Assembly (NCBI RefSeq): GCF_036321535.1
Contig: NC_087437.1
Location: 93,126,001 to 93,190,000 of the forward strand
Source of the DNA: Camelus dromedarius
Lineage: Eukaryota
Length of the DNA stretch: 64,000 bases
Direction of reading: 5' to 3'
In this document: piece by piece, positions 51,037 through 64,000 of the stretch
Position numbering within the stretch: the stretch's first letter is position 1
Layout of the letters: the number at the start of each line of letters is the position of its first letter
Made by a program: the position numbers and the translations under genes
Notes under the pieces: generated by a model
Told to the model about the DNA's origin: nothing
Database searches by the model: none
What the model saw: only the letters and a program-made list of their open reading frames with translations

Positions 51037-52718
51037 CTCCAGAAAGACTCCAATATGGCTATTTATGTTTCTCAAATAAAAAACAGGTGTGGTGATTGGG
51101 CAAGTCGCAAGTCGGTTACTGCAGAAAAGCTAACTTTTCTTCATCTCTGAATTTCTATCTTTGATGTTCTTTCAAATTTCTTGGCATTCTCAAACTCCTT
51201 ATTGAGATCTCTGTTTTATATTGATGTGTCTTTCAAAATCCGTTGGTAAAGCCAATCAGTTTAACTCAGAAGAAGAACAAGCTTAGAAAACACAAGCAGG
51301 CGTTGCCTTAATTGTTTCCTTCCCCTCTCAGTAAACAGATCATGATTTGCCATAAAAACATCAAACTGCCATAGTTGACTGAATAAATTCTGAGGATTTT
51401 AGACAGAATAAACAATGCTTTTTCTAACTTGGTATTGTTTTTGTATTTTTTTTTTCTTATGAGAAAGGATTCGTTCATGTGTTTTAAGTTAAAAATAGCA
51501 TTTGTTTTCTTAGCGTTCATCACTAACTAGGGCCTTTGTAGACTTTCACGGTTTAAGCCTTTTCAAATTAAATTTGAAAGACCACTATTCTCTCCTATCA
51601 GAGTAAAACACATTCTAAATCCTAATAAATCTATTTCTTTAATATGCCACTTGATGTATAATAGTGCAAACAAAAACACATAATGGGTTCCTCTTGAGAA
51701 AGGAAAATGTATTCACTCCTGATGAAAGATCTTTTGATAATTCACTCTTGGCTTCACCACTTGATTTATATCATCTTCCCACGTTAATTTGTTTTTAATT
51801 TTTTCCTGCCTTCTAAGGTTTTTCTCATTTCGGTGACATATACGTGACAGATGAGGTTGATGAACTACAGAAGCAAAGATTCTGACTCAGATGAAAAGCT
51901 TAAATCATTCTGCAGTCCCATGGAACCCATGGAAGAAACTGAGGCGTCTGGATTTCCAAGGGCGCGATCATAGCACTTTAGAAACAAGTGGTGAAATCCA
52001 CCACCTCCACCAAGAAACCATTAAAAAAGTGTATTTCTTTAGCCAGTGCTGAGTGGCTCCCTGGAGTGTACTTTTGCCAAGTCTTCAGCCGATTCAGCTG
52101 TGCATTCTAAAATGATGGTAAAGCTGTGAAAGCTCTGTAAAATCCATTCTTTATTATAGAGCTTAATTTCAAAAATGTATTGCTTCTCTGAACTTTAATT
52201 TAGGGGAAAGTAAATAACCTATATAACTATCTTCAGTTAAGGAGGTAGCATAGATGACAACACCTCAAGGTAAAACTTGTATTTAAGAAATAATAATAGT
52301 CCCTTTACCAGGTCAGCCTATGTTCCTTCATATGGAAGCTCAAATACTTCAGTCCTATTTTGTTCTACCCCAGCGAAGTTAGAAGCTACTTACTGCATCA
52401 TATTTCTTTATTCAGTGTCAGTAATGGAAAATGTGTTTCAGTCATCTTTTTTCTCCATGATTGGATTGCCTGAATGCATTTTATATATCTCTTCAATTGT
52501 GCTTTAATTTCCACCTACATCCTTTCCAAAGAAGACTGAGAGTATGACCCTGCTGGAATACTGGCATCCCAGTATTGCTTCCTGGGGTAAGTAAGAGTCA
52601 TCGTGTATCAGTTTCCTCATCTGTAAAATTCAGTTCAGATAGAGACTCAGAAGGATTGTTTATTTAAAGCATCACATTCTGGGGAGTGATTGATTGACTG
52701 ACTTATTGCTCCTTGGTA

Positions 52719-52875
52719 CATTAATCCCTCAGTATCCACAAGGCATTTGTTCTAAGACCCACCCGTGGATACCGAAATATGGAACAGATGCTCAAGTTCC
52801 GTATAAAAAATTATGTAGTACAGTCGGTCCTCAGTATTCATGGGTCCTGCATCTTCAAACACAGAGGGCTGACTG
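52719..52875. mobile_element. MER2-like TcMar-Tigger MITE
   Basis: TA-flanked; ccctcagtatccac...gatgctcaagttcc.tataaaa...gagggctgactg. Confidence 0.7.
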
Positions 52876-55800
52876 TACTTCTTTGAGAATGATGTCTTCC
52901 ACTTACTTAAATTATTAAATTTCCCTAAAACACCTGTATATATTAAACTTTTAGTGTTAGTCTGAATTATACTGGAAACATCTTATCCAACTCTGTACCC
53001 ACTGGATGCTAGAAACATCCTGGACCTGTTTCTGGAGTAAATTTGGCTCATAAAAATAAGTGACTAGGGCAATTCATGTTTTTTTCCTTAAAAAATGCAT
53101 TTCCCCTTATGCTTGTCTAAGCATATAAACCAAATTAACTTCATTTGATTGCAATCTTTTGGGGAAGTAAATTCTTCAAGAAGATGTGGGAATAGGAATA
53201 ATTTTAGGTATTAAATTCCTTAGGAATAAATCAGTTTAGTTCATTTCTTAACATTCCTGAGGCAATCTCTGTGTTCAGAGCCCTGGACTGGAAGCTTATG
53301 GCTTCTTTGCTAAATTTTGGGATTTTTAAGCAGCACCTACAGGAAGGTATGGTGAAGACTCTTCCTGTGTGAGCAATGAGCATCCTCTCAGCTCTGTCAT
53401 GGGCATCTCTCTCCAGCAGAAGTAACCTGGGGATTACAGCTTACAAGGGGAGATTCTGTACAATCTGTGACAGTGTGCAATATCTTCAAAACATGTGCTT
53501 ATGGATGGAGTTGACTGTTTAATTCTTTTAATTTAATTTCCACGTGGACCCATGTTTTCAAAGCTACAACATAAATACTTCAAGCTATAGCATTCCCTAG
53601 CAACCCACCCACACTGCTATCTTATTTAGATGTGTTCTATGAAATCATATGTGAAGAGACTTCTTGAGATGCCCTTTTTAAAAATTTTGCGTTGCTTTTT
53701 TTTAAATTACCATGAATTGATATATTTCCCACTGACAAATAGCCTGATAATAACTATCAGTGTAAATTTTGGAAGAATCTATTTACAAATGCCCTTACTT
53801 TTCTGCATCCATGCTCTAATAGACTCTTTCAATAAGAAGCACCCCCCCCCCATGTTTTACTAAAGAATTTTTTTAATCTGGTACCAATATTCTTATAATT
53901 TGTTGCCTGGTCATTTATGTTTTTGAAATGAGGAATCTATTTACATATCCTGATCATCAATTTTTTTCAAAGGGAAGTGTTATAATATAAACAAATTGAC
54001 CAAGATGGAATTATATTAATGTTAGGTGCTACTCATATGTTTTCATTAATCTCCGTGATAACCTTGCAAGCATATCCATCTCATGAAACAAAAAATGTGG
54101 CTTAGAGTATATGTATAGCTGGCTCATGTCACACAGCTGGTCACTAGCAGCCCTGGGGTTCTAACCCACTTGTCCTAATTCTAAAGCCTCTTCTTGCCCT
54201 TTGCCCTGGGTCCCAGTTCTGTGTATGTGTTATATGTAATGCAGTTTCTGGCACAGCTGTCCCCCCAAATTATTTGCTTACAGATGAGTGAATAGAAAGT
54301 ACTTGAGAAATAAATATAGATACCCGTGTGTTAAATCTCTATATTGTATTTTATATTTTTATCAAAACAAAGGCAAGTGGCCAGACCTCACACATACCTG
54401 TCCTCCTGCGGAATCCTTTATTTAGAATAATCATAGAATAATAAGAGTTGCCTATGTGGGCTGGATGTTGCCCATTGCACTTTGGATGAAATGGATATCA
54501 GACTTGGGAGCCAGACCTCAGCCCTTAGGCTGTGGGCTTTTTGACTGTGTGGTTATGAAGCACCATCCCTCTTCCTGTCATGATCAGGGTCCAGGTCTTG
54601 CAGTTGCACCTATTTGACATGTTGGCCAATCGAATTTCCTGCCGCCTGGGCTGTCCTAGTTCAGGGAGTATCAGCTCCTCCCTTGACTTAGTTATGAATT
54701 AGAGTCCATCTGTATTGCTACACAAATACAATGTGGTAAACAGGTGACATATTCACCACCTCAGAAATCTACTGGCATTACTTGCCTTAAGGACTTGTAT
54801 TGCAAATTTTCTTGGAACTTTGGGAGATACCAACATGCAGGAAATCAGAGTGAGTAAGTTATCTCTTACTTTTACGTCTGTTATTGTTTGTATACTTTTA
54901 TTTTATGTATGTTTATAAAGATCATTCTTGGTGCCATGTTTCCTTGATACCATCTGCTTCATCCCTCATTGAGTTCATTCTCCTTTTTTTGCTTCCTTTT
55001 TCTCTTTGGGGGAGGATATATAAACTTTCAAGTTAAAAAAAGTTGATTTATGAATGAGCATAGCAATGATAATGGTTACAATGATAAGACAGAATTAGTA
55101 TGATAATTACTTCTGACGTTAAGGAGAGAGACAGAGTGGACGGTTACTTACCTGGTATAATAAGAAGCATCAGGGAAACTTCCTTGTTCCTCAAATACTC
55201 CCTTTTCTATTGACTACATTTTGAAAAATCCTGCAGTAAAAGATTATTCTGTTTAATTAAAGGCTTAAAATGACAGTTCTCCTGGGAAGGCTTACACCGA
55301 GCAATCATCAGTCCCTTTTGTGTGAATGGATTTCTGAAAAGAGTTCGTAAGAAAAGGAATTTAGATGGGGCCAGTAGCAAGGGGAGCCTTTATAAAGTTA
55401 CCAAATAAAAGAATAGGATGGTGAGAGTAGCCACTCAATGGAAAAATATAGCTGATGTCATTAGGGCCACATATTTACCTCTTTAAAGCTTTTTCTATTC
55501 CTCATGCTGCCCTAACCTGTGATTTATCAAGTGGCAGTTCCTTTTTCTATTTTTAGTTTACATATGTCCAACATCTGGATAATTAAAAATTCAACTAGAC
55601 TCTTAATATATTCAGGTATTTGGAAATAAATGGCTAATCAACTACTCTTCTTTTAACCTTCTTGCCAGATGGAAAGAATCATAATCCCCCAAAAAATTCT
55701 AGAATCACCCTGAGCATTTTAGTTTAATCTACTTAACAAAAGAATAGGCATGGAAATGATAAAGTAAATGCTTTTTTTTTCCTCTAATCTGAAGAGTATG

Positions 55801-58201
55801 GATCAAATTATGGAGAGATCTTATGCAGCTAAGGTTACACATGATTTTAGTTCTACTGTGCACCCCCAGGGGAATAGAAAGGCAGTGTTTGGATTTATTT
55901 ATTTTTCCTTGCTTTTCACTGAGTGGAATCAATAGTAAAAATGATATGGATGAATATTATGCTTTAAGTAATTTGTTGTCTTTTCTTCTTGGTCTTAGGC
56001 TACTTTTAATTTTTTTTTTTTTTGAAAGGCATAACTGTGTTAATCATTTGCTTGGATGTAACAAAACCTACTCATAATTACCTAGGTAAAACCTGGAACG
56101 ATCTTGGCTTATACCAGGAATTCAAGGATTAAAAGCTCAGCCCGGCTTTGCAAGGAAGTAAAACTAAGAGCACCCAAACCAAGGCAATCACGACAACCCA
56201 GAAACCTAGGTAACTGACTTATCCCTGTCTCTCCCTTCCTCTCTTTGGACTCACATGGCCTTTAATTCTGTTTCTCTCTGTACTTTACTCTTCTGTAGTT
56301 GGACTTTCTGCCTGACCAACAAAGCTGGTGCACAAACATGACTTTTCCAGTTCTAATTTTACATATTTTGCAGTTATAATTTTATATGGGAATCTATTCC
56401 AATTTAAAATTCTGGAGAAAGTGAATTTAACCTAACTTGGGTCATAACCTAACTTATGCATCTATAATCTCATTTCATCAACATCACTTGAGCCATTTTT
56501 GAATCATCAAGGAGTGTTTCAGATTGCTTCATTGTCACCTGTCTAAATATTTTGAAGCTCAAAAGTATTTGGATTGGTGCAAGATGTTGTTGCTAGATAT
56601 TTTGATCTCAGCCACAAGTAGTCATTCTGATAATATTAGGACCATTGGTATTTGTTTATAAGTATATATTGCAATCTCCTCAAAATAAATGACTGCTGCT
56701 TTGATTTTTAAAATTACCCTTAAATGGCTTATTTGCTGTAGAACCGAAACCATGAAATCATAAAGTAAACCCTCAAAATTCAATTTTCAATTTTTGTAGC
56801 CCCAACTTACTGCATTCTAATATATTTTACTAGGTTTATTCAGATCTCTTAAGTATTGAAAAGAAATATTTCTTAGAAAACATAACACAACATCCCTCCC
56901 ATAAGATTTAGTCTAGGTATCACCTCTTTGTGAAGATGTCCCTCACAAATTCCCTGAGGTAGCCACATTTCACAGCAAGAAGACCTTCCTACCTGACCCC
57001 TGCTCCTGTAGCACATGAAACGTGTCATAGATTGCAGTATGGATGTTTTGTAACTGTTTAATTTTTCTCTTTTGGGGATTAAGCCATCAGCTTTGATAGG
57101 GCAGGAATTCTGTCCTGTTCAATTAGTGTCCTCAGTACTACTGACTACAATGATAAGTACACAGTAGGCGTGCAGTAAAAAAGTCAATGATCACTTAGAA
57201 ACAGCTAAGTGAGGCATCAATGCCTATGGTATTATGGTGGTCCATGGCCAAACTGAGTTCATTTTATTCTCAATTACAAATTTATCTAAAAATGGTTCAC
57301 AATTTATCTTGGATTGAACATTTCTTATACATTTCTCTTTTCACATAATTTTGAGGACTCCCAAGAATAAAGTAAGTTTTTGTATAAAACAGTACAAAGA
57401 ACACTAGTTTTATAAATGAGAACTTTGCGCAAAGTTGTGTGACACCCGTGATATTGACATGTGGCATAGATCAATCTATTGTCATTTTTGAAGTTAAGGG
57501 AAGTGAGGAGTTAATTACTTGGTTCCAAAAATATTAGCATGCAATCACATTGTTTTTGACCTAAGCTTCTTATGATAACCTACGTTATATTTTTAGAAAT
57601 AACCTTATACTTTTCTTAAGTTATAATGACAAGTCAGAATATTTTAATGGAGAGTGAGCATAAGAGGAAAGTGAAGGATGTCATATTTTAAGTCACAAAG
57701 TTAGCAATTAGACACATCACAGTCTTTTTCAGTTTGACAACAATTTCTTTCTGTCTTTCGCAATATCATCATGGTCCATGTCTAGACTTGCACACTTTGT
57801 CTCCATCACTCTTCTGCTCCTCCTTTCTCTGAGTTTAGGCACATGGACCACACAGATACTGTTATGCTGTTCTTATCTGGCTGGCTTCTGAGTTTACCCA
57901 ACTGAGGTGTAGATCATCTTGCCCGGTTTCAGGCCTTGGTTTCTGTCCTGGCTCTTCCAAGAAGTGTCTTAATGTTATCTCTCTCTGTGCAAGAAAAGTC
58001 CTCAGATGCTGGCCATCTCCTTCTGTTCCCCAGAACACATGCTTCAGTCAATCCTAGCAGAAATCCTTGCAAAGAGTTCCAACATTGTGATATCAAAGTC
58101 TATTTTAGCTCTTTACCACACAACCTGGAGGATGTCATATGAACACTTCTGGATTTCTTTCATCTTTTGCCCAGGCTGTGGAGAAGGAAGAACATTATAA
58201 T

Positions 58202-58224
58202 CCTAACCCTAACCCTAACCCTAA
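58202..58224. repeat. Short telomere-like repeat (CCCTAA)x~4
   Basis: cctaaccctaaccctaaccctaa seen directly. Confidence 0.85.
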
Positions 58225-58519
58225 GCCAGACTGGATGGTGGAACAATCTGATTATCTGTTCTCTGTCTCACTATGTCTTGCCATCATCAGTACTTCATGG
58301 TTGCTACCTTGTGTTGTAGGCTGCTCCTCCAAAGGGTTTTTAAATTTTATAAGCTATTACTTAAAAATGAAGAATAAGGCCTCTTTCATTAACGTGGATG
58401 TTTCTAACAGCCTATCCTGGTTCCATGGCAGATCGGACTTTTTGGTTACACAGCTACCTTTCTTTTCTACTCTCCCTGTGTCTTCCTTTCGTTTTGAAAG
58501 AGCATTGCTTTACATTAAG

Positions 58520-58886
58520 CTTTGGCCAGAATTATATCTGCCCAAAGCTCGTAAGTTGAAGCCCTACCCAAATGTGCATGATATTTGCAGGTGGGTCATT
58601 TAGAGGTAATTATATTTAGATGAGGTCATGAGGGTGGAATCCTCATGGTAGGATTAGTGTCCTTATAAGAAAAAACACAGAAAGCTTTCTTTCTTTCTGT
58701 CTCCATCATCAGGGGACACATCGAGAAGATGGCTGTCTGAATGCCAGGAGGAAAGCTCTCACCAGAACTTGATCATGCTGGCAACCTGATCTCAGACTTC
58801 TAGCCTCCAGAACTGTGAGAAAAGAAATCTCTGTTGTTTAAAACAATCTATGGTATTTTGTTGTGGCAGCCTGAGCTGACTAAAAT
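58520..58886 (+). mobile_element. MaLR LTR (MLT1A-like)
   Basis: gatgaggtcatgagggtgg..cctcatg..ggattagtgtccttataaga...ctcagacttctagcctccagaactgtgaga...tggtattttgtt.tggcagcctgagctgactaa. Confidence 0.85.
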
Positions 58887-59460
58887 GCATGTCTTTCTTA
58901 TTCCTGCTGCATGGCCTAATCTTAGTAAGAACGATACCTGAGAGAACGAATGCAATTTTCCAAGGAGGCAAAATATACTAGGGGTAATAAAAAGTGTCAT
59001 TGCTGTTGTGGATAAAAGGGCACATCTTAGCCTTGGGGTCTCAGACACGTTTTACTGGATGAGTGGCTTATGCAAGGCTTGGGAACTTCAAGTTTTTAGC
59101 ATAACTGGAACATATTTTATTATATACAGGAATACAGGAAGAGGCAAGAGATATAAGCAGGGACTGGGTCTGAACAGCCAGGTAAGTCAAGTTCAGATTT
59201 TCAAACTTTATTCTGAGATCATTATGTGTATATGTGGAATTGGGGGTTGGCCATCGGGATGTTTGTGGTAGAAGAGTGTGGAAAGAATGCATTGTTTTAG
59301 AAACACTGCCAAGATAAAGTGCAGGTTGGAGATAATAAAAACCTAGGTCAGGTCAAGAAGGCTTTAATGTTACCAGAATGAGAAATAATATTTGCTCACA
59401 CTGGGGCATGAATGGACAGTTAGGAAGGAGAGAGTTAGACAGTTGGAGATATATATATAT

Positions 59461-59815
59461 TTTTTATTGAAGTACAGTCAACTATAATGTGTCAATTTCT
59501 AGTGTATAACACAATGTCCCAGTCATGCATATACATATATATTGGTTTTCATATTTCTTTTCATTAAAAGTTATTACAAGAACATAGTTCCCTGTGCTAT
59601 ACAAAAGAAACTTTTTTTAAAATCTATTTTTATATACAGTGGCTAACATTTGTAATTCTCAAACTCCCCAATTTATCCCTTCCCATCCCCTTTCCCCAAT
59701 AACCATAAGATTGTTTACTATGTCTGCAAGTCTGTTTCTGTTTTGTAGATGAGTTCATAGTGGTTTTTTTTTTTTGGATTCCACATATGAGCGATATCAC
59801 ATGGTATTTTCTTTC
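59461..59815 (-). mobile_element. 5'-truncated L1 3' end
   Basis: ttttattgaagtacagtca terminus; imperfect TSD ttggaga[t/g]atat at ~59443 and ~59816. Confidence 0.9.
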
Positions 59816-60512
59816 TTGGAGAGATATTTTGTAGATAGAATCTTCAGGACCTGACATAGACTAGATATTTGGAGTAAGGGAAAGGGAGTGTGGAGGTTGC
59901 CTTTCGCATCCTTTTATCGTGCAATTAGGTAAGGTGATGAAAAGTCCATCTGAAAGTGCATTAGGAAATGGTGGAGTGGGAGGTAGGAAGAAAATGAAAA
60001 AGATAGTTAATGTGGAAACAAGGAGAAAAAACTACCTACACACATTCTAGTACTATCAGGCAGTGTGAGAGCTAATTTGGACTGGGGCAGTTTGAATTTG
60101 TACACTTTTCTCGAACAGTGTTGAACAGCCAGCAGAAGCTAAATAGTTTTATTAATCCATAGTTGGAAAGAATGCAAAAGATAGGCAATAGTTTTGGTGG
60201 CATTCTAGACTTATTGAAGAGCCATTAAAATGTTAGATTGGTGTTTTAAGTAGATCAGTTTGGGTCTTTGTGGGACACGTAGGATCAACAGCTATAGGAC
60301 AAGAATGGATGTAGGATTGGACAGAGAATTTCTGAAACACTGCGAAGTGATACATGCCTCAGCTAATCCCACCAGGATAGTTGGAGCTAAATGGCCCTTT
60401 AGATTTGTCCCTTGGAGGCAAGGAATCCCGACTTTTATATTCTCAATGGATCTGGGCTGCTTCAAGGGAGGGAGATGTGACTTTGGGTAAGGCGACTCTT
60501 CTCAGCTTAGGG

Positions 60513-60682
60513 CAGTGGTTCTCAAAGTGTGGTTCCCAGAGCAGCAGAATCAGTATCACCCTGGTGCTTGTTACAAAGGTATAATATTGGATCCCTTACT
60601 AAATTAGAAGTCTGAGAACACAGCATCAGTGTTTTAAGCTCTCCCATTAATTCTAATACATGTTAAAGTTTGAGAACCACAG
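60513..60682. mobile_element. MER5A-like hAT-Charlie MITE
   Basis: CAGTGGTTCTCAAA...TTTGAGAACCAC terminal inverted repeats. Confidence 0.85.
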
Positions 60683-62423
60683 GCTTCAGGAAATTTTAGA
60701 GAGAGACCCAGTTGTGAACTGCCAGCAGTTTAGACTCTCAGCAGCTAGGAATGAGTGCCTCAGTCCTGTAGGGGGAAAGTGTGGGTCACTGCATTATTAG
60801 TAGGTGAAGTCAGAAAGACTAGGCTGTGGGCAGCCCTGAGTGAGGAATATTGAAAAAGGACATGGGGAACAAATTACAGAATTTGAATAATAATTATGAA
60901 AATGTACTATGGAACATCTAATTCCATTTATTGCCTTTTTCTTTATCTCAAGTATTCATCTAATATACACAATTAATTATTCTTTAATATCAACAACTCT
61001 GCTGAAATCAACTGAGATGGTAACAAATACTTCTGGATAAGGAGTTTTATGCTGTGATCAAGCAATAGAATATCTTACTAGTTCACATAGTTAACAATAA
61101 CTCACAATATGATGTTTCCCTTTATTAGGTACAAGCTGGCAAGAATTAAAAGAGGAGCTCTTGAAAGTAAGTTAAGTTCTATTACATAGAAATATTAATC
61201 TAAAGCAAATACACCTTTCCTTAGCTATTAACATAGAAGTCAAGTTTTCATTTTATAAAATACCTAATAATTCATCAAAGCATTCAGAAGATTGTGTAAA
61301 ACTTGATTTTAAGCTCACATTCCATCAATTCTTTTCCAAGGCTGTTGGTTATACATACACTTTATTGCTGAGCTTCTGCATCTTAGATCCTTATAACACT
61401 AACCTTGACTGGAAAAACATTCATTACCAATGCACAATTTGTTTAATGCATGAAACAGTTTGATGGTTCAGTTCACTGAAGTCGAGATGCTATGAGGAGA
61501 ACATTTCATGAAAATTTCCCACTGCTCAGGGCTAGTGGTACCTGAAAAATGGCAATCCATCTTGAAAGGGCATAAAGAGGAGACACAGTCAAGTCACTTT
61601 ACCTTGTTTTTAGATTACATGCAAAAGAATTTACTTTGCAGGAGCCAGTAAAATTTCTGTGCCACTTGAAATAGAATAAATGCTTTCTGGCAAATAGAAA
61701 CAAAGATATAGCAGGTTTAAACAGCCCTGAAGATGGAAATTCAGACTTTGGTTTAGTCACTACCTACAGATAATTAGTAGCTCTTAGGGGAAGAAAAAAT
61801 TAAGAATTAAATCTCTCAATAGAAACAATTTAAAGTAAGGTAAAATATAGAGAAAACACCAAACAGGCTGAGCACTGCATTGCAGAAATATATGTCCTAA
61901 TTTGCGTGTGATAGTTGTGTTCTAGTTTTTAAATAACCGAAGCTCCGAAGTGGATCACAAACTCAGCACCCTGGAGTTGGGTTCGCTGTACGTTCCTTGT
62001 CAGTGACGTGTTAGTGTTCCTCCTGGCTTTTTATTATTTATCATATTCCTGGTGTAGAGAAGGATGATGACAGAACATAATAAGCAACACCGGACACTGG
62101 GATTTGTGGCTGCTTAGAAGATAAAAGGGAAGTTGAATTTAGCAGCTCACACCAGCTTTTGATTAGCATTGGTCATCTGGGATATCCAAAAGGCAGATGG
62201 AAATGGTTACAGAATTCTGTTGTGGGGAAGGTAGCTACTAATTATCCCAATCTCGTTCAGTGAGATTCTGTCATTATTCCCAGTAATCCTTTCCATAGGT
62301 GATTTTTTTTTTTCTGTTTTGCATTGAAATTATTTTCTTGTGTGCCCTATTCATATTGACCAAAATATTACCACAAATAGGAATAAATTTTTTTAATGTG
62401 TATGTTTGATGCTAAAGGCAGAG

Positions 62424-62945
62424 TGTGAGGCCATTTACCTAACTCCTCCTAAATTTATTCCCTTTCTCTGGGTGCACAACCCTCATTTAATAATCATCTC
62501 CCCCCTAATCCCATGAACAGCATGTGGTGTGGGAAGCTGACTTTATTGCCAGGTTCAGAGGTGACTCCCTGGCCACACTGATTTGTTCAGAGGTGGGCCT
62601 AGGGCTTAGCTGGTCTGGTCAGGTTGGATCTCAGGGAGTTCATTTGGGTTTTGTGGCAGAAATGCTTTCCTCTACTGGATAGGAGTGCTGAAGTAGGATT
62701 GCTTGGAGACCACTAACATCTACCTTGGACTATAAGGAGAGAAGCCTCTCGAGAGTGAGGGAGACACCCAGAAAGAGGAGTTGAGACGTGCAAAAAGAAT
62801 AAAAGTCCTGGGTAATACCATTTGAGCTGTGATTCCAGCACTACTTGAAAGACTTTTTAGCCACAAAAACAGTAAGTTATCTTTATTAATTAAGCCTGTT
62901 TGAGTTGTGTTTTCTACTACTTGCAGACAAATGCGTTTTGATAAA
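62424..62945 (+). mobile_element. Old MaLR LTR (MLT1J/K-like)
   Basis: MLT1-type 3' end ttaagcctgtttgagttgtgttttctactacttgcag. Confidence 0.55.
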
Positions 62946-64000
62946 TGTGGTAATCCTCCATTCTCCAATCCCTATATCATATGTAAAAAAAAATAAGTAA
63001 ATAAAAAGAGGCAGAAATGGACACATCTAAGCAGCAATATTTCTACCTAGGTGTAAACTTTTTGCAACTTTCCTGCATGGTTTGTGTATTTTGGATGCAT
63101 GCAATACTTTATTTTAATTGCTTATTTCATAGTAATGTAGTTGAAGCTATAAATGCCCAGTATCAGTAAGCAATTTGGACACTGCTTGCTTTATTTCCTT
63201 TCCCTTCATTCATTGCCAAGGAAATATACATAATACAATCAACCTATTATTTAGGAGTCAGGAGGGTTCTTCAACATTAACAGAAGATAGTCATCTATAA
63301 ACAAAAATTCTGTTTCATTCAAACATTTTGCTCATGGTAATAAAGAGTACAAGAAAGGAGAATGGAAAAATCAGAGAACAAACAAATTGTTTCTTCTATT
63401 TCAAAGTTTACCTGGAGGTATCTGTGGCCCTTTACTATATAATTAGAAAGATGCAATACTTGAAGTTAAAACTTCCACTGAATAAAAAACATGTTTTCAT
63501 GAATATATTGATCTAAATAACTTAGAGGAACTCATATGCTTTTATTGCAGGTCAAAATTCTCCAGTGGAGTTACATCATTAAATAACCAAAGTTGTCTGT
63601 TGTTTTTTTGTTTTGTTTTGTTTTGTTTACTTGACTGCCTATGTATATTGATGTAACAGTTGCTGACTGCACATTCTAGCATTCTTGCTTTTTCAGTATT
63701 AAGAGGCTGCAGTAAGAAGCCCATCAGGAATGTTGATAATAAAGGAAATAACTGTCTCTCTGGGACATAAATGATAAAATCAATATTAGATTATAGATCA
63801 GCAGACTTACGACCGACCAGATGGCTTCTGGTTGGAGTATTAACATATTTAAAGAAAAAAAGGTGCCGCACAAAAGGGGTATCAGTCAACCATGGAAATG
63901 CAGGAAAAGAACCCAGGTCTTTGACAAAAGAAATGATCATAAAAGGAAAAGGGGACCCGAGTCACTGGACATTAAGTTATCTATGTCCCTCTAGAAATGC

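Noticed and set aside
55144..55155. TACTTACCTGG, resembling the U1 snRNA 5' end
   Set aside because: Similarity stops after ~11 nt. It is only a consensus donor-like motif on the minus strand with no supporting exon.
58139..58603. 154-aa ORF with NPNPNP repeat
   Set aside because: The NP run is just the CCCTAA repeat, the ORF runs into an MLT1 LTR and it has no recognisable homology.

Overview
AT-rich mammalian genomic DNA, most likely camelid (camel/alpaca lineage), inferred from a tRNA-Ala-derived vic-1-like SINE and the style of the young L1 3' ends. The first ~10.7 kb holds the 3' end of GBE1 (glycogen branching enzyme) on the + strand: the penultimate coding exon (2906-3023), a 6880-bp last intron, the terminal coding exon (9904-9960, ...QNVDLPN*) and a probable 3'UTR to ~10710. 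The ORF track misses both exons. The intron before the penultimate exon ends in a U12-type branch point plus an AC acceptor, i.e. a minor-spliceosome (probably AT-AC) intron. This is the most distinctive signal in the window. The remaining ~53 kb has no protein-coding gene I can recognise. It is repeat-rich intergenic DNA: truncated L1s with TSDs, solo ERV LTRs, MLT/MaLR LTRs, Tigger and MER DNA transposons, MIR/L2 fragments and microsatellites, plus candidate CTCF and NRF2/MAF sites. I found no convincing undescribed biological system. The best leads are regulatory or splicing hypotheses. Repeat subfamily names come from recalled consensus sequences, not a search, and boundaries of old repeats are approximate.
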